This document shows positions 40,640-53,821 of a stretch of 64,000 bases of DNA, piece by piece. The notes beneath the pieces are model-generated. The model made no database searches. It saw only the letters and a list, made by a program, of their open reading frames with translations, and was not told the DNA's origin. How positions within the stretch are numbered: position 1 is the stretch's first letter; the number at the start of each line of letters is the position of its first letter. The position numbers were made by a program, and so were the translations under genes. Source of the DNA: Eledone cirrhosa (Eukaryota); the NCBI GenBank assembly GCA_964016885.1, contig OZ024743.1, positions 38,998,001 through 39,062,000 on the forward strand, written 5' to 3'.

Positions 40640-42240
40640 TAGCGGGATACAATTAGTAACTTTGTGTAACTCCCACTTGTTTATATCATTCCTTGTCATT
40701 TCGCTACTGGTGGCCGTCCGGAAACTTTCTCAATATTCGGGCTGTTCCAAGGAAGACACGTCTACTGGAGGGGTTCAATCACTGGTGCAACACCTAATTC
40801 CGCTAGGTGGTTTACATGGATTTTTGTTACCAGGCCAAGAGCTTCAGTAACCACGGGAACAATGGTGAGATGTCTTCTCTCCATTACACCCTCATTTCCA
40901 GATCTCATATTTGATGTTGTTGTAAGCCACTAATTTCTTCTTTCGCTCATTTCTGGTGTCACATGTACATGTATGTAGGCTGGTATAGTTTCCTTCCTTC
41001 TTCATAATTACAATATCTGGACTGGTCAATTCAATCTTTATCTCGGTCTGAATTGGTAAGTCATATATGAGCTCTATCGTATAATTTTCTAGGACTCTCA
41101 TATTAGTTGTGACAGCATTTTCATAATTTTTTTTTCTGGACATTGAAATGCATATGTTTTACACAAGTCTAGTGCAACATGGTAGCATAATGATTCTAGG
41201 CTGTTTACATTCAGAAACGAAAGTAGCAATTGTCTCTGCTTTCTCCCCAGAAATTACTTCATATTACACTGCTAATATAAGTAGTTGAGTTTCATTCTGT
41301 AACCATATCGAAGTATTTTTCTTTTCACAGACGTTTTTTGTTTCCTTAAGGAATGCTGAATGCATGGGTGTTTCCTCAAATGCTTGTTTACACTTTCAGC
41401 AATCACAGTCTTTGTGCTCTGACGTCTATTATTATGAAGTACCTCTTCCCTGACAAACTCTAATATTAGCTTTTTTCTTTTATTTTGCATATTAGAGCAC
41501 ATTTCACTATTTTCTATTTGGAGAGCATCCTGAATGATCAACATTCCTCAAACCTTCCTCCTTTCGTTTCCTATATCATGTCGGCATCACTTTATGGATC
41601 CATATTTTGATAAATCTTATTTGTTTTCCTTGATATCTACTTTTGTCCATTCTATACCTCTCGCATACCTAATTAATGAAACACCTCTGGCGTTTATTGC
41701 CTGCACAGTATTCTATACATTTAAACTGGACATGCGTATTGTTTTCAATCTTTGAAAGTATTCATTCTTGAGAATTTCATTCATTCTTCTAATTCAATTT
41801 GACTTTATTTCTTTGTGGCACACCTAGATATTTATATGCTTCGTCTGTTTCCAGTGCTAGTTCGATTCCATCACATCTTCCCAACTTTGCATGCTTCACC
41901 TCAATTGTTGCATACTTAAACATATGAAACTCCATCGCAATGTCTTCGCAAAACACTCTGAGTACATTAAGGGTGTCTAGTTCTTCACATTACGACTGTA
42001 TAGTTTTAAACCATCTACAAAGAATAAATGATTGACATTGCTGCTATATTTCCCGAAATAGTAAGTGATTAACACGCCATTAAGTACAACTGTCGGTGGT
42101 ATCATTTCAACAACAAAGACAATAAAATTGGTTATAACATATCACCATGGTCAATGGAAGATGTCACGTTTTCTCGTCACTTCACCGATATATTTTACCC
42201 AATGCGATCATTGACGACATCGTACTTCTTTGGCAGCTAT
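40640..42240 (-). mobile_element. Decayed R4/Dong-like non-LTR retrotransposon 3' part (RT + restriction-like endonuclease)
   Basis: VNHLFFVDGLKLY, DIAMEF, YKYL, PDIVIMKK and terminal VFLGTARILRKF; a (TAA)n/(TTA)n tract lies just downstream at 40536-40570. Confidence 0.75.
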
Positions 42241-42353
42241 ATTTGTGTTGTGATACTCATTATCCTATAGATTCTGATACACTTACGCATCAACTCGTAT
42301 TATAGAAAATACACACACACACACTCTCTCCATCTCCCCCTATCGCTCCCCTC

Positions 42354-42434
<81 letters not shown>

Positions 42435-42436
<2 letters not shown>

Positions 42437-42446
42437 CCACATGTTT

Positions 42447-42504
<58 letters not shown>

Positions 42505-42554
42505 ACCACATGTTTGACATATATATATATATATATATATATAACCACATGTTT

Positions 42555-42557
<3 letters not shown>
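42435..42557. repeat. Three copies of AACCACATGTTTGAC spaced by variable (TA)n
   Basis: Exact 15-mer at ~42435, ~42504 and ~42543. Confidence 0.92.
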
Positions 42558-42641
<84 letters not shown>

Positions 42642-42643
<2 letters not shown>

Positions 42644-42731
42644 CGCAGTCCCGCAATCCTTTCTTTATTATAGTTAAGATATATATATATATATCTTCAC
42701 TATAATAAAGAAAGGATTGCTGGTCTGCGTT
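42642..42731. repeat. Inverted repeat around (TA)n, possibly the 5' end of a non-autonomous Helitron-like element extending to ~43325
   Basis: ACGCAGTCCCGCAATCCTTTCTTTATTATAGTTAAGA / TCTTCACTATAATAAAGAAAGGATTGCTGGTCTGCGT. TC...ACTATAATAAAG resembles Helitron 5' ends. Confidence 0.5.
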
Positions 42732-43470
42732 CAGATTATATTTGTTTACACCGTTTGTAAAATAAGGTGGATTACTTTGAATAAATAATGAATGAATATT
42801 ACATAATGTATGTACTAAATTTCGTAGCTCTCGATTAAATATATCTTATTGCTTACTTAAAGATTCACTTCTTGAAAGTGTTACGGTTATATTATAACAA
42901 TTATAAAAACATTGCATGTATTTCCGTCGGTAATTTTCTCCTAATGCACTTTATATATAATATCGTCTTTTTTTAATGTATCATGGTTTACTTTACTGAT
43001 AGTGTAACATAGACTTCTTTTAATTTCTGTGCATAGTGTCAATTACGATTGTATGTGATATATCATATCTACATGCATATATATTTGCGTATATCAATAT
43101 GCACACTACACAGACCAGCCGAAAACCACACGAAGGATGGTTTCTGCTAATATATATAATGGAGATCTACATTGATAAGGTGCAAAACAGCATAAATGAC
43201 ATTGTATTTACTATTGCTGAAAATCTGCACAATGGTAACACATTTTATTTAGGTTCTCAGGAAATATCCGCAAATAAACGACATCGCGAATGTCGAGACC
43301 GCGAATGCCAGGGCTACACTGTGTATATATTGAAATAAAAATAGAAAGCTTCGCCGTAACATTAGCTAAATAATATACTCTACCAACGATAATATAGTCT
43401 ACCATTTTCAGGCTTTCCTTGCCGCTTTCTAAACATAGTTCCTACATATGTATACATATATATATATATT

Positions 43471-43548
<78 letters not shown>

Positions 43549-44696
43549 AGTATGTATGGGTATGTATGTGTGCGTGTATGTTTATGTGTGTGTGTGCATG
43601 TATATGTACATGTATGTAATTATATATATATATATATATATATATGCGTATGTTTGTCGTGTCACTGTATATTCCAGTCCGGATTATTCTTGTTTATGAA
43701 ATTATAAACAATATTTTAAATCTAAAAAACTATGTACTGGCCATTTTTTTACTACATCATTGAATAGTTTGTGTATTTTAGTATAAAAAAATATATTCAA
43801 CAATATAATCTCTCTCGATATGAATAATGTACGTTTAGTATGAAATTTGTTGCACCCTATTTACTTTAAATGAAAATGTGTATGTGCTTATGGTATTAAC
43901 GCTAAATCATTGCAGATGAATAAATAAAGCAATATTACAGCATATTACAAATGATATTCTTCTTTACGTAGCTGTTGATTGAAAACACGACTGAATCAAA
44001 TCAATCATTGGCAGCATTCACTATCAATATTGACATAAAATCAGAGTCGAATTGTTTACTAAGAAGACATTTTACAGTATTTTTTATCTTATTTCAATAA
44101 ATATTAACCACTGTATTCATACTCTAAAGATCTTGAGGACAAGTTTATATTGTAAATATGAGGACACATTACGTGATGTATACAGAAGTTTAGAATTCAG
44201 TTAAATCAGTTGATTCAATGATGTGAATAGCTAGTGTAAGATTTAGTCAATTTCCGTTATTTTCCCGCTCACACTATTCAATATTCAGTCAACAAAAAGA
44301 TTAAACATTGAGAATAAAAGACATTTAGATATTCAAACATGAGAAATATATTATACTATTAAACGAAATCACCTATTTCATAATGTCCCATGTTTCGACG
44401 TAAAGACAATCTGTTTCTGTGTTGATGCGATTTAAATTTTACTCCAGTCAATGAATTCATGCAACCTGGCTTTCTCAATATATCACCGTTAGATAGTTAC
44501 TAAACGCCGTATTACATGACCTTACGATAATCCGAATATAGGCTGTACATTTTGAAATCGAATCTTATGACACCAAGATCTTATCACAAATCATTTCTTC
44601 AAAATCATTAAAGATTCACACGTTAAACCCACGAAAGAAAGAAATAAAGGAAAAAAAGGAACAAAAACACATCAGCAGCAACAATGATAGTAGTCA

Positions 44697-44860
44697 TAAT
44701 AATTGTTTCTATTTTAGGCACAAGGCTAGCAATACCCAGTACATTACTGGTACTTTATTTTATCAACACCGTAAGGATGAAAGGCAAAGTTAACCTCGGC
44801 GGGATTTGAACTCAGATCATAAAGGGACGTAACTATATACTTCAAAGCATGGTGTTCGAT
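44697..44860 (-). mobile_element. SINE family A, 5'-truncated
   Basis: Reverse-complement match; ATAGTAGTCATAATAA / ATAGTCATAATAA flanks resemble a TSD. Confidence 0.9.
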
Positions 44861-45004
44861 AGTCATAATAATATTAATGATTACTAATGCATGAATATAA
44901 GTTGAAGATACGATTATTCACAAAAGAATGTGATGCATTCAGGTAAAGTTTATTCTTCTATAATAGTGAGCTAAAATGTTTGAGGAAGAAAAGCACTAGT
45001 AATA

Positions 45005-45194
45005 AATAATTGTTTCTACTTTTGGCACAAGGCCAGCAATTATTCCAGTGCATTACTGGTACTTTATTTTATCGACCCCGTAAGGATGAAAGGCAAAGTT
45101 AACCTCGGCGGGATTTGAACTCAGATCATAAAGGGAGGTAACTCTATGCTTCAAAGCATGGCGTCCGACCCTTACCGATACTGGCAATCTACCG
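45005..45194 (-). mobile_element. SINE family A, near full length
   Basis: Reverse-complement match from head to tail. Confidence 0.9.
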
Positions 45195-45789
45195 ATAGAC
45201 GAATTATACACGATATTCTAGATATCATTGACAAAACTATTTACCCTGGACAATAGACAATGCACAGCAGGAAAACCTACAATAAAGTGTATATAAATTC
45301 AGCCAAGACATTAAAATGTTATAAAGTTTCTATAAGAAGGAAATGATATAAAGCTAAGAACATTAAAATAAATGAAGACACTGAAATCAGAATTAGACCT
45401 GAACGATACGGATGAATACTTAGAAATAGATGCTCAAAAAGAATTGTAGAAACTGGTTAAAATACTAGAAAATGCGTAGAATGAACTGTAGGAATAGAAA
45501 TACTTGAGAATGTCACAGCACATTCCTTCTAGTCAAAAAGATTAACCAAGGTATTACATTTCAATAAAATTATGTAACGTTCAGAATACAAATTCACCAG
45601 AACAAATATAGAATATTCTATTCTATAGCAGAATATATTTATAATGTAAACGCATGCTACTTACGTTCTACCGTATCAGCACAGCAGTCTATCTATATAC
45701 TATTAAAATGCTGTATTCATGTTTCGTCTGTAATGTAATACAGCCAAAACGGCACATAATACTTTGAAAGGAAGTTGCCCTGAAATGGG

Positions 45790-48105
45790 AATATGAATGG
45801 AATTAAACGTAAATCTGAGAACGGGTTCCCGAGATACGGGATTTTTACGTGTACCTTCATAAATAGAGAGTTATTTTGGGCAAATATTAGTGCTCATACA
45901 AAAAATAGAGGTAACCGGACTAGACATAATACTAGGCAAGTAGCACCTAGAGTAGGAGGAACGAACACGAATAATGTAAACACCAGAAACCATAGAAGAA
46001 CAAGAGAAAGAAAATACCTTTGGTTTAATCCAATCCGCAACTCCTCTATAAGAACTAAACTGCCTTCTACGTTCTTTAAACTAATAGATAAACACTTCCC
46101 TATATCGCATAGATATCATAAAATCTTCAATAGAAAAACTATAAAACTCTCATACTCTACTGCTGCAAACATTGAATCGCACATACGCAAGATCAACCAC
46201 AAGTATACCTCTAGGATAGATATCCCTCCCATACTCAACATAGCACCAAACACAAACCACAAACGCATTAGAGTATGACAACCGCAAACGCACATGGACA
46301 CACCGCAGCAATACTTCAATAGGCATAAATCACAACCCAGATACAATAGCTTACAAAACCGCAATTTGAAAGCTGCACAGAGTAATACCCCGAACTGCAA
46401 CATCACCTACCGGATAAGTGCCTACTAACGAATAGGTGCCTTGATTCGGGCCTAGTGTACGTGTGTACTAAACACTCGGGCAACTCCACGTAGCACTACA
46501 TTGTATCCACCGCGGGTGCTTTTAAAAAAAGATGGTATGTGCACAGACATTCAATGAAGAACCATGCACTGATAAATTCTACAACCCTCGCCAATAAAAT
46601 CTGGCAACTTAAGAACAAAAACCTTGATTATAATATTAGCTGGTAGAAATTAGCGACCGCAAAGACATATAGCAGCGGTATGTCGTACTGCGGGCTCTGT
46701 AACATAGAATTGCTGCATATCTTAAGGAACGATAAAATGCTACTCAACAGCAAAATAGAAAGGTCAATTTTCTGCAGACATAGGATTGCTACAAAATTCG
46801 CGAGATTTAAACTACCGTTATTCGAACCAATACCACTTAGCTTTTAACATATGAAATCCACCTTCTCACATATCCCAATACGGCAATATAATCTTCTATA
46901 AATACCTTATAGCCTCCCTAATTCTATTCCACTGGAATATGTCTACAACTATCTTATCAGACCATAAATCAATCCTACCTTCGCTGTTACCAACTACTTC
47001 AGACCAAGGATTTATATCTCTCATTAGCATTCATGATCTCTAAAAGATGAACCTAATTATAAGTACATTATCTTATTGCCCCTACACCTCTTGAAATCTC
47101 ACTTTTCCTCTTATTATTCTTCTTCTTATTATTATTATGAACATCTCAATATAGCCCTAATATTATTCATCATGTTCTATATATCTGCCATGGACATTTT
47201 ACTACTTTATTACCTTCTATTATTGTTTTCATCACTGTTTTATTTATACACGATTTGTTATCGATGCCCTGAAAACTAAACCCCCACGATTCGAACTAAC
47301 AATCCCTACCTTTAGTATAGGCCACTTAAATAACGAATCTACAACTCTATTTAAGACCACATAAAAACTATGATCATCACTAAATTAATCAAACGAAAAT
47401 GTGTATCTGTCAAATAATAAAAGAAATAAAAAGTAAATCTCCGGTTTATTGCTAGAATACTTACAGCACAGAGGATACCTCATCAATTCTGTCTCCAAGT
47501 ACATCTTAGTGGTTACTGTTATCTAGTCGCTACCCCATTACTATATCTAATGTACCCTATAGCAGTTTTCACACGTCAATTTCATACATCTGTATCATAT
47601 CAATCTGTTTAACATGTTAGATTCTTCATTATACTCTAACTCTTTTTATATTTATGTTATTATTTTAATTGTCTGCTATCTAGTTATTTTATTTTATCAT
47701 TTATATTATTGTTCTGATTTAATACCACACTTATATAAAAACCATGCCCTATCTATTTTCTTCATTTCAGCCGCTCTGATGATATCAACTGGTTATAAAC
47801 AAATTATTGATGATCGATTGGCACATAATCAGGCGTATAGCGAACTCTAGACCTGCCATGTCAAGGAAACAAGTGTCAGATATGTGAATAAAGCTAATAT
47901 TGTATAGCGAACCATGTCAATCTTCTTTCTTTAATTATTATTACTCCAAGTATAAACTATATAGAAATCACCGCGAACTCGCAGCATCACTATGGAAACG
48001 TCTTGTTGAGTCAAACTAAGCCGCACGTTACTACTATCCACTACAAGAATAACTCCAACTGGACTACATCTAAGTGGACTGCCATAACGATAACCTGTTA
48101 TTCCG
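45790..48105 (+). mobile_element. 5'-truncated Naiad-like Penelope element (family 1): thumb/linker, GIY-YIG and long 3' region
   Basis: NGFP, RKYLWFNPIRNSSIRTKLPSTFFKLIDKHFP...TIKLSYS; endonuclease VYVC..YIVSTAGAFKKRWYVHRHSM..STTLANKIWQLK..CGLC..CRH. Confidence 0.85.
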
Positions 48106-48107
48106 TA

Positions 48108-48146
<39 letters not shown>

Positions 48147-48401
48147 GAGTCCAGAAATAGCCGTCGAATCGGCTTGAGCTCCACCGTCAGGGTCTTGAAC
48201 AATGTCCTATTACCCACTCTACGACCCTAAGTATTGAGCACTCTCGTTTATTATGGTCCACCTGATTCCTTACAACACTTCCTTCTTTATATACATATAT
48301 ATTTCATTCTTACTATGACACACACAAATATATATATATATATATACACATATATATATATATATACATATATATGCATCCCGAATCATTCATATCATTC
48401 G

Positions 48402-48512
<111 letters not shown>

Positions 48513-48789
48513 AAATAGTATTGGTGCTCCGAAATAGCGATTTATGTATGAATTTGCGTGTAGTATATTTGATAATATACAGTATGTTTATTTTAAAACT
48601 TTTTGAAGACCATTCGCTATGAGTTTTAGGAATTAGTGTTGGTGCTATACAGAGCAGCCATACTATTTCATATTTTTTGCTGTACAAACACTATAAATAA
48701 TTCACACACACATACACACACATGCACACACCCACGCTCTCGTACGTGTGAGTATGTGCTTGGATGTATATACATATATAGATATATAT

Positions 48790-48825
<36 letters not shown>

Positions 48826-48826
<1 letters not shown>

Positions 48827-51800
48827 AAAGAGAAAACACAGGTAAGCATTAAGAAAAGGATTTTATCCAGGTATTTACGACCGTTTCATTGGTAAGTGCA
48901 ACCTTATATTGCTATACGGCAAATAGCAGCCACTCAATGATAATTGTTATTCGCGTCCATATTTTCAAAATTGTGAGTAAGTTACTCTTAAAAAAGTTCT
49001 TAATATATAGAGAAAAACATTTTTTTTTAATTGTATTTACTAGTATAGAGAGAGAGGAAGAGGAATTAGAAGGTGGGGGGACAAACGGAATAGTATAGAG
49101 AGATAGGAAGGGGGAGAAGAGTTAGGAATCGAGTGACAAACTGAGATGGCGGGAGGGGTAGAGGTGGAAGGATTCCTTGATCAGTTTTGATACGTAGACT
49201 TCATGTCGGCGATTTAGATTGTAGTCAGTTAAAGAGAATTAAATTGTTTATAGTGGAAGGGAGGGAGAGAGAGAGGGAGAGGGGGCGATATAGAGAGATA
49301 AATACATATATAAAAAAGATAAAAATAAAAATAAATAAGATGGGGGGGGGGGGGGGAGAGAAAAGATAGCCAAAACGAGGAGAGAAGAAAGGAAGAAAAC
49401 GAAAAGAAATAGAAAAGGAATGAAGGAGAAGGGAGGGATATAGTTATTGGTTTTTGTGGGTAATTATAGGGGCTAGATACAATAAGAGGGTAGAAAGTCT
49501 ATGTATAAGCAGTTTGACAAGTGGTAGTAAGAGGTTAAGGGTTCGATTTGTACTTGTAGTGCGAACACTTTTCCTTGAGTCTATGGTTACAATAAATTTA
49601 TCTTTCGATTTTATTGTTGAGTAACTTATTCTTCGAACTAAAACTGTGGAACAGCTCAACGTCACATCATCGACAACTTCTTATTCCACTCCGATATGGG
49701 GGCGCGTTCGATAATTTGTTCCACTTCAGGGTGTATTGGTGGTTACTTTCCCTCAGTTGCCAGGTTTTGTTTGCAAGGGTAGTTACATAACGATGTTGGG
49801 AATGTTTCATTGCGTGACGCTGTGTATACCAACGAGCTTTAAATGTATTCCCAGTCGCTCCGATGTAATACCATTTCTGGTTGTCTGATTCTACTGTGCA
49901 TTGGTAACCTTGGTTAGGTTGCATACATTCATTATGTAATGGACATGTTTCAGGTAGGTGGCAGTTACATTTCTTGTCATTGGCAACTTTGGCATTATTG
50001 GTGGGCTGCGATGCCTGTACAAGTGTGTTAAGTTGTGTTTGCCTATTAGCGAGTGGTTGTGTATTAGATATTGTGTTGTGTTCAATGGCGATTGTATTGT
50101 TATTGTTATAAGTTTGTGTTCGGGTGTTGTTATGTATCTTTTTAGCGTTAAGCATCTTAATGTGTGCCTCTATGTTTGGTGCCGTGGAGTAAGATAGTCT
50201 AATTGATTTAGTGTTAAGGATATTTGTCTGTATCTATGTGAATCTGGAAAGTGCTTATTTATTATTCGAAAGAAGGTAGAGGGTAGGTTAGTACTAATAG
50301 AAGTGTTAAATATGCGGTTATACCAGATATATTTGCTACTGCGTAACTTGTTTGATTTCGATGTTGTATATCTATTTACAGTATAATTTGTAGTTCTATG
50401 CGTAAATGCGTGTGTGCGTGTGTTTCTGGAGTTTACGTGTTCGTGTGCGCTTTGCGGAGGCTCTCATCTATATATTCTATTCTATCTAAGTGGCCTTCTT
50501 TGTCTAGTGCGGTATTGTAGTATTCTGCATGTTCCTCGAATATTTGTCGGTTAGACGAGAGGCGGGAGATCCTAAGGGATATGCTGTGTGGAATGGATTT
50601 AATTATGGATAGTGGTGGTTTGAATTACAGTTGATGTATGCTAAGTTTTCATTATTCTTGTGAAAAGGTCTTATAATTCCCGTATTTAGGTTAAGCGTCG
50701 CGTCAAGAAAGTTAAATATTTTAGATATTTAGATATATTTTTAAAAACGTTATGCTAAGACCTAGTTTTCCGAGAGTCTTTCTAATATTCTTACGGAGTC
50801 TTTCTATGCTCCGGTTATTTAGGTTCGTAACTAGTAGAAGGGCGTCACTCTGTAAACTATGTAAATACCTACTAAATCTGTGACTTGAGCCAAATCGTTA
50901 GCCCCCATCGTGATGTCAAAGTTATTTAATCTATCATTACGTTCCCAATAGGCGTTTTCAAATTTGATTATTGTTTTCCAAGCAGCTAATATAATTTTCA
51001 TCTCGTCGTCTGTTTGGTCAGAATTGGCTTTGGCGAATGCAAAGGTTTTATCCAAGGTGTTGGGGTATATAGAGGAGTAATAGTCGTTAATGTCGAATTG
51101 TATAAACTTAGATACATTTTTGTTAGCTATATTGTTAAACCACTTATTTGTTTCGGTAGCGTTTCCCCATAGTTTAATCACTAGTTTATTCTTCATTTGT
51201 GCTATCACTCTGTCTAATATATGTTTACTAATTTTCCCAATGTCCGATTTGGACGGGTATATAAGTCTAATTGTGGGGTAATAATCAAAATTTACATTGC
51301 GGTCCTTGAGATTAAATGTGGGGGTAATTGGCCTAAGTGGCTCCGTTCTGTCGTCTATTCCTAGGTATTTGACTATATTGTGTGCCTCGTTGTTGATGTT
51401 TATCAGTGCCGCCTCGTTAGTTTTTTTGTATTTACTATGTAAGTCTTTCCGTATGAAGCTATTGTATGCATTAATATCCATCGTATACACATTTGAGGTT
51501 TTATCCGCTTTGACAATGGTAGTTCGCAGCTTTTTTAGGAATGTATTCATGTCATTCTGGAGTTTATTATTCCTCCGCATTTTGAATGTTATATTCATAA
51601 TCATCTTCAGTAAGTCCTGTTCAAAGGCATCCAGTTGAAGGTTGGTAGGTGGGTTCCTACATGATTTGAAGCCGTATGTTTCCTTGTTGTATTCCACGGT
51701 GCGACCGTTACGTCCTTTGTCATAATTGAAAGTTTTCCATCTAACCCGGCGTATAAAGTCGTTTATTCGCTGTATCATCCCGACGGTATAATCCTTTCTC

Positions 51801-53745
51801 AAAGGTATAGGAGTGTTCTTTAGGGACATACCTATGTAATGCTTTTCCATAGTAGTACCGTATGTTTAGGTGCTTGCTCGACCGATAAGGAGCCTGTATT
51901 TAGGGAAGCAGGAAAATGCTTATGTGATCCAGTTCGTGGTTAAGAAAGCCAGTTTCATGGACGGTTTCAACGTACGATTAGCGGTAACTCCACAAGTTTG
52001 TAAGAATTCCGTTCAATCTTGGAGTATAAAGTATAAAAGAGAAAATACATGTAAGCATTAAGAAAAGGATTTTATCCAGGTATTTACGACGTTTCATTGG
52101 TAAGTGCAACCTTATATTGCTATACTGCAAATAGCAGCCACTCAATAATAATTGTTTTTCACGTCCAAATTTTCAAAATAGTGATTAAGTTACTCTTTAA
52201 AACGTTCTTAATATATGGAGAAAAACATTTTTTGGGGAATTGTATTTACTAGTATAGAGAGAGAGGAAGAGGAATTAGAAAGTGGGAGGACAAACGGAAT
52301 AGTATAGAGAGAGAGGAAGAGGGAGTCGATTTAGGAAGTAGAGTGACAAACTGAGATGGAGGGAGGGGTAGAGGAGAAAGGTTTCCTTGATCAGTTTTGA
52401 TAGGTAGACTTCATCTAAAATATACATAACAAAAATATACATAACAACACCAGAAAAAGATAAGCACGCTAAAAAGATACATAACAATTCCAGAACACAA
52501 ATTTATAACAATAACAATACAATCACCATTGAACACAACACAATATCTAATATACAACCACCCGCTAATAGACAAACAAAACGTAACACACTTGTACAGG
52601 CATCGCAGCCCACCAATAAGGCCAAAGTTGCCCATGACAAGAAATGTGACTGCCACCTACTTGAAACATGTCCATTACACAATTAATGTATGCAGTCTAA
52701 CCTGGTTTATACAGGTTAGACTGCATACATTCACTATGTAATGAATCAGAAAACCAGAAATGGTATTACATCGGAGCGACTGGGAATACATTTAAAGCCC
52801 GTTGTTATACACAGCGTTACGCAATGAATAATTCCCAACATCGTTATGTAACTACACTTGCAAAAAGGACCTGGCAACTGAGGTAAAGTAACCACCAATA
52901 CACCCTGAAGTGGAAAAAATTATCGAACGCGCCCCCATATCGGAGTGGAATGAGAAGCTGCGATTATGTGACCTTTTTAGTTCGAAGAATAAGTTACTCA
53001 ACAATAAAATCGAAAGATAAATTTATTGTAACCATAGACTCAAGGAAAAGTGTTCGCACTACAAGTACAAATCGAACCCTTAACCTCTTACTACCACTTG
53101 TCAAACTGCTTATACATAGACTTTCTACCCTCTTATTGTATCTAGCCCCTTTAATTACCCACAAAAACCAATAACTATATCCCTCCCTTCTCCTTCATTC
53201 CTTTTCTATTTCTTTTCGTTTTCTTCCTTTCTTCTCTCCTCGTTTTGGCTATCTTTTCTCTTCTTCTTTCACCCCCGTTATTTTTTTTTTTTTTTATAAT
53301 TATATTTATCTCTCTATACCCTGCTATCCCTCTCTCTCTCCATCCATCCCACTATAAACGATTTAATTCTCTTTAATTGACTACAATCTAAATCGCCGAC
53401 ATGAAGTCTACGTATCAAAACTGATCAAGGAATCCTTCCACCTCTACCCCTCCCGCCATCTCATTTTGTCACTCTACTTCCTAATTCTTCTCAGCCTTCC
53501 TATCTCTCTATACTATTCCGTTTGTCCCCCACTTTCTAATTCCTCTTCCTCTCTCTCTATACTAGTAAATACCTGGATAAAATCCTTTTCTTAATGCTTA
53601 CTTGTGTTTTCTCTTTTATACTTTATACTCCAAGATTGAACGGAATTCTAACAAACTTGTGGAGTTACCCCTAACCGTACGTTGAAACCGTCCATGAAAC
53701 TGGCTCTGTTAATCACGAAATGGATCACAATAAGCATTTCCTGCT
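48826..53745 (-). mobile_element. Near full-length Naiad-like Penelope element (family 2) with upstream direct pLTR and an inverted 3' copy
   Basis: Coding remnants at 49630-51850. 48826-49205 is repeated directly at 52035-52413. 52415-53745 is an inverted copy of the endonuclease and 3' region. (TA)n on both sides. Confidence 0.9.
49630..51850 (-). pseudogene. PLE polyprotein (RT + GIY-YIG), disrupted
   Basis: MSLKNTPIP..FIRRVRWK..ETYGFKS, VKADKTSNVY, IRLIYPSKSDIGKISKHILD, FIQFDINDYYSSI, FDITMGANDLAQVTDLVG; downstream YIWYN, CNCHLPETCPLHNEC and YYIGATGNTFKARW. Confidence 0.88.
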
Positions 53746-53762
53746 TCCCTAACTATATATAC

Positions 53763-53821
<59 letters not shown>

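Noticed and set aside
42435-42557. Repeat-spacer pattern resembling CRISPR
   Set aside because: Spacers are pure (TA)n, repeats are only 15 bp, the context is eukaryotic and there are no cas genes.
49630-51850. Possible selenocysteine-containing Naiad variant
   Set aside because: No additional N-terminal domain or convincing SECIS seen; the disruptions look like ordinary decay.
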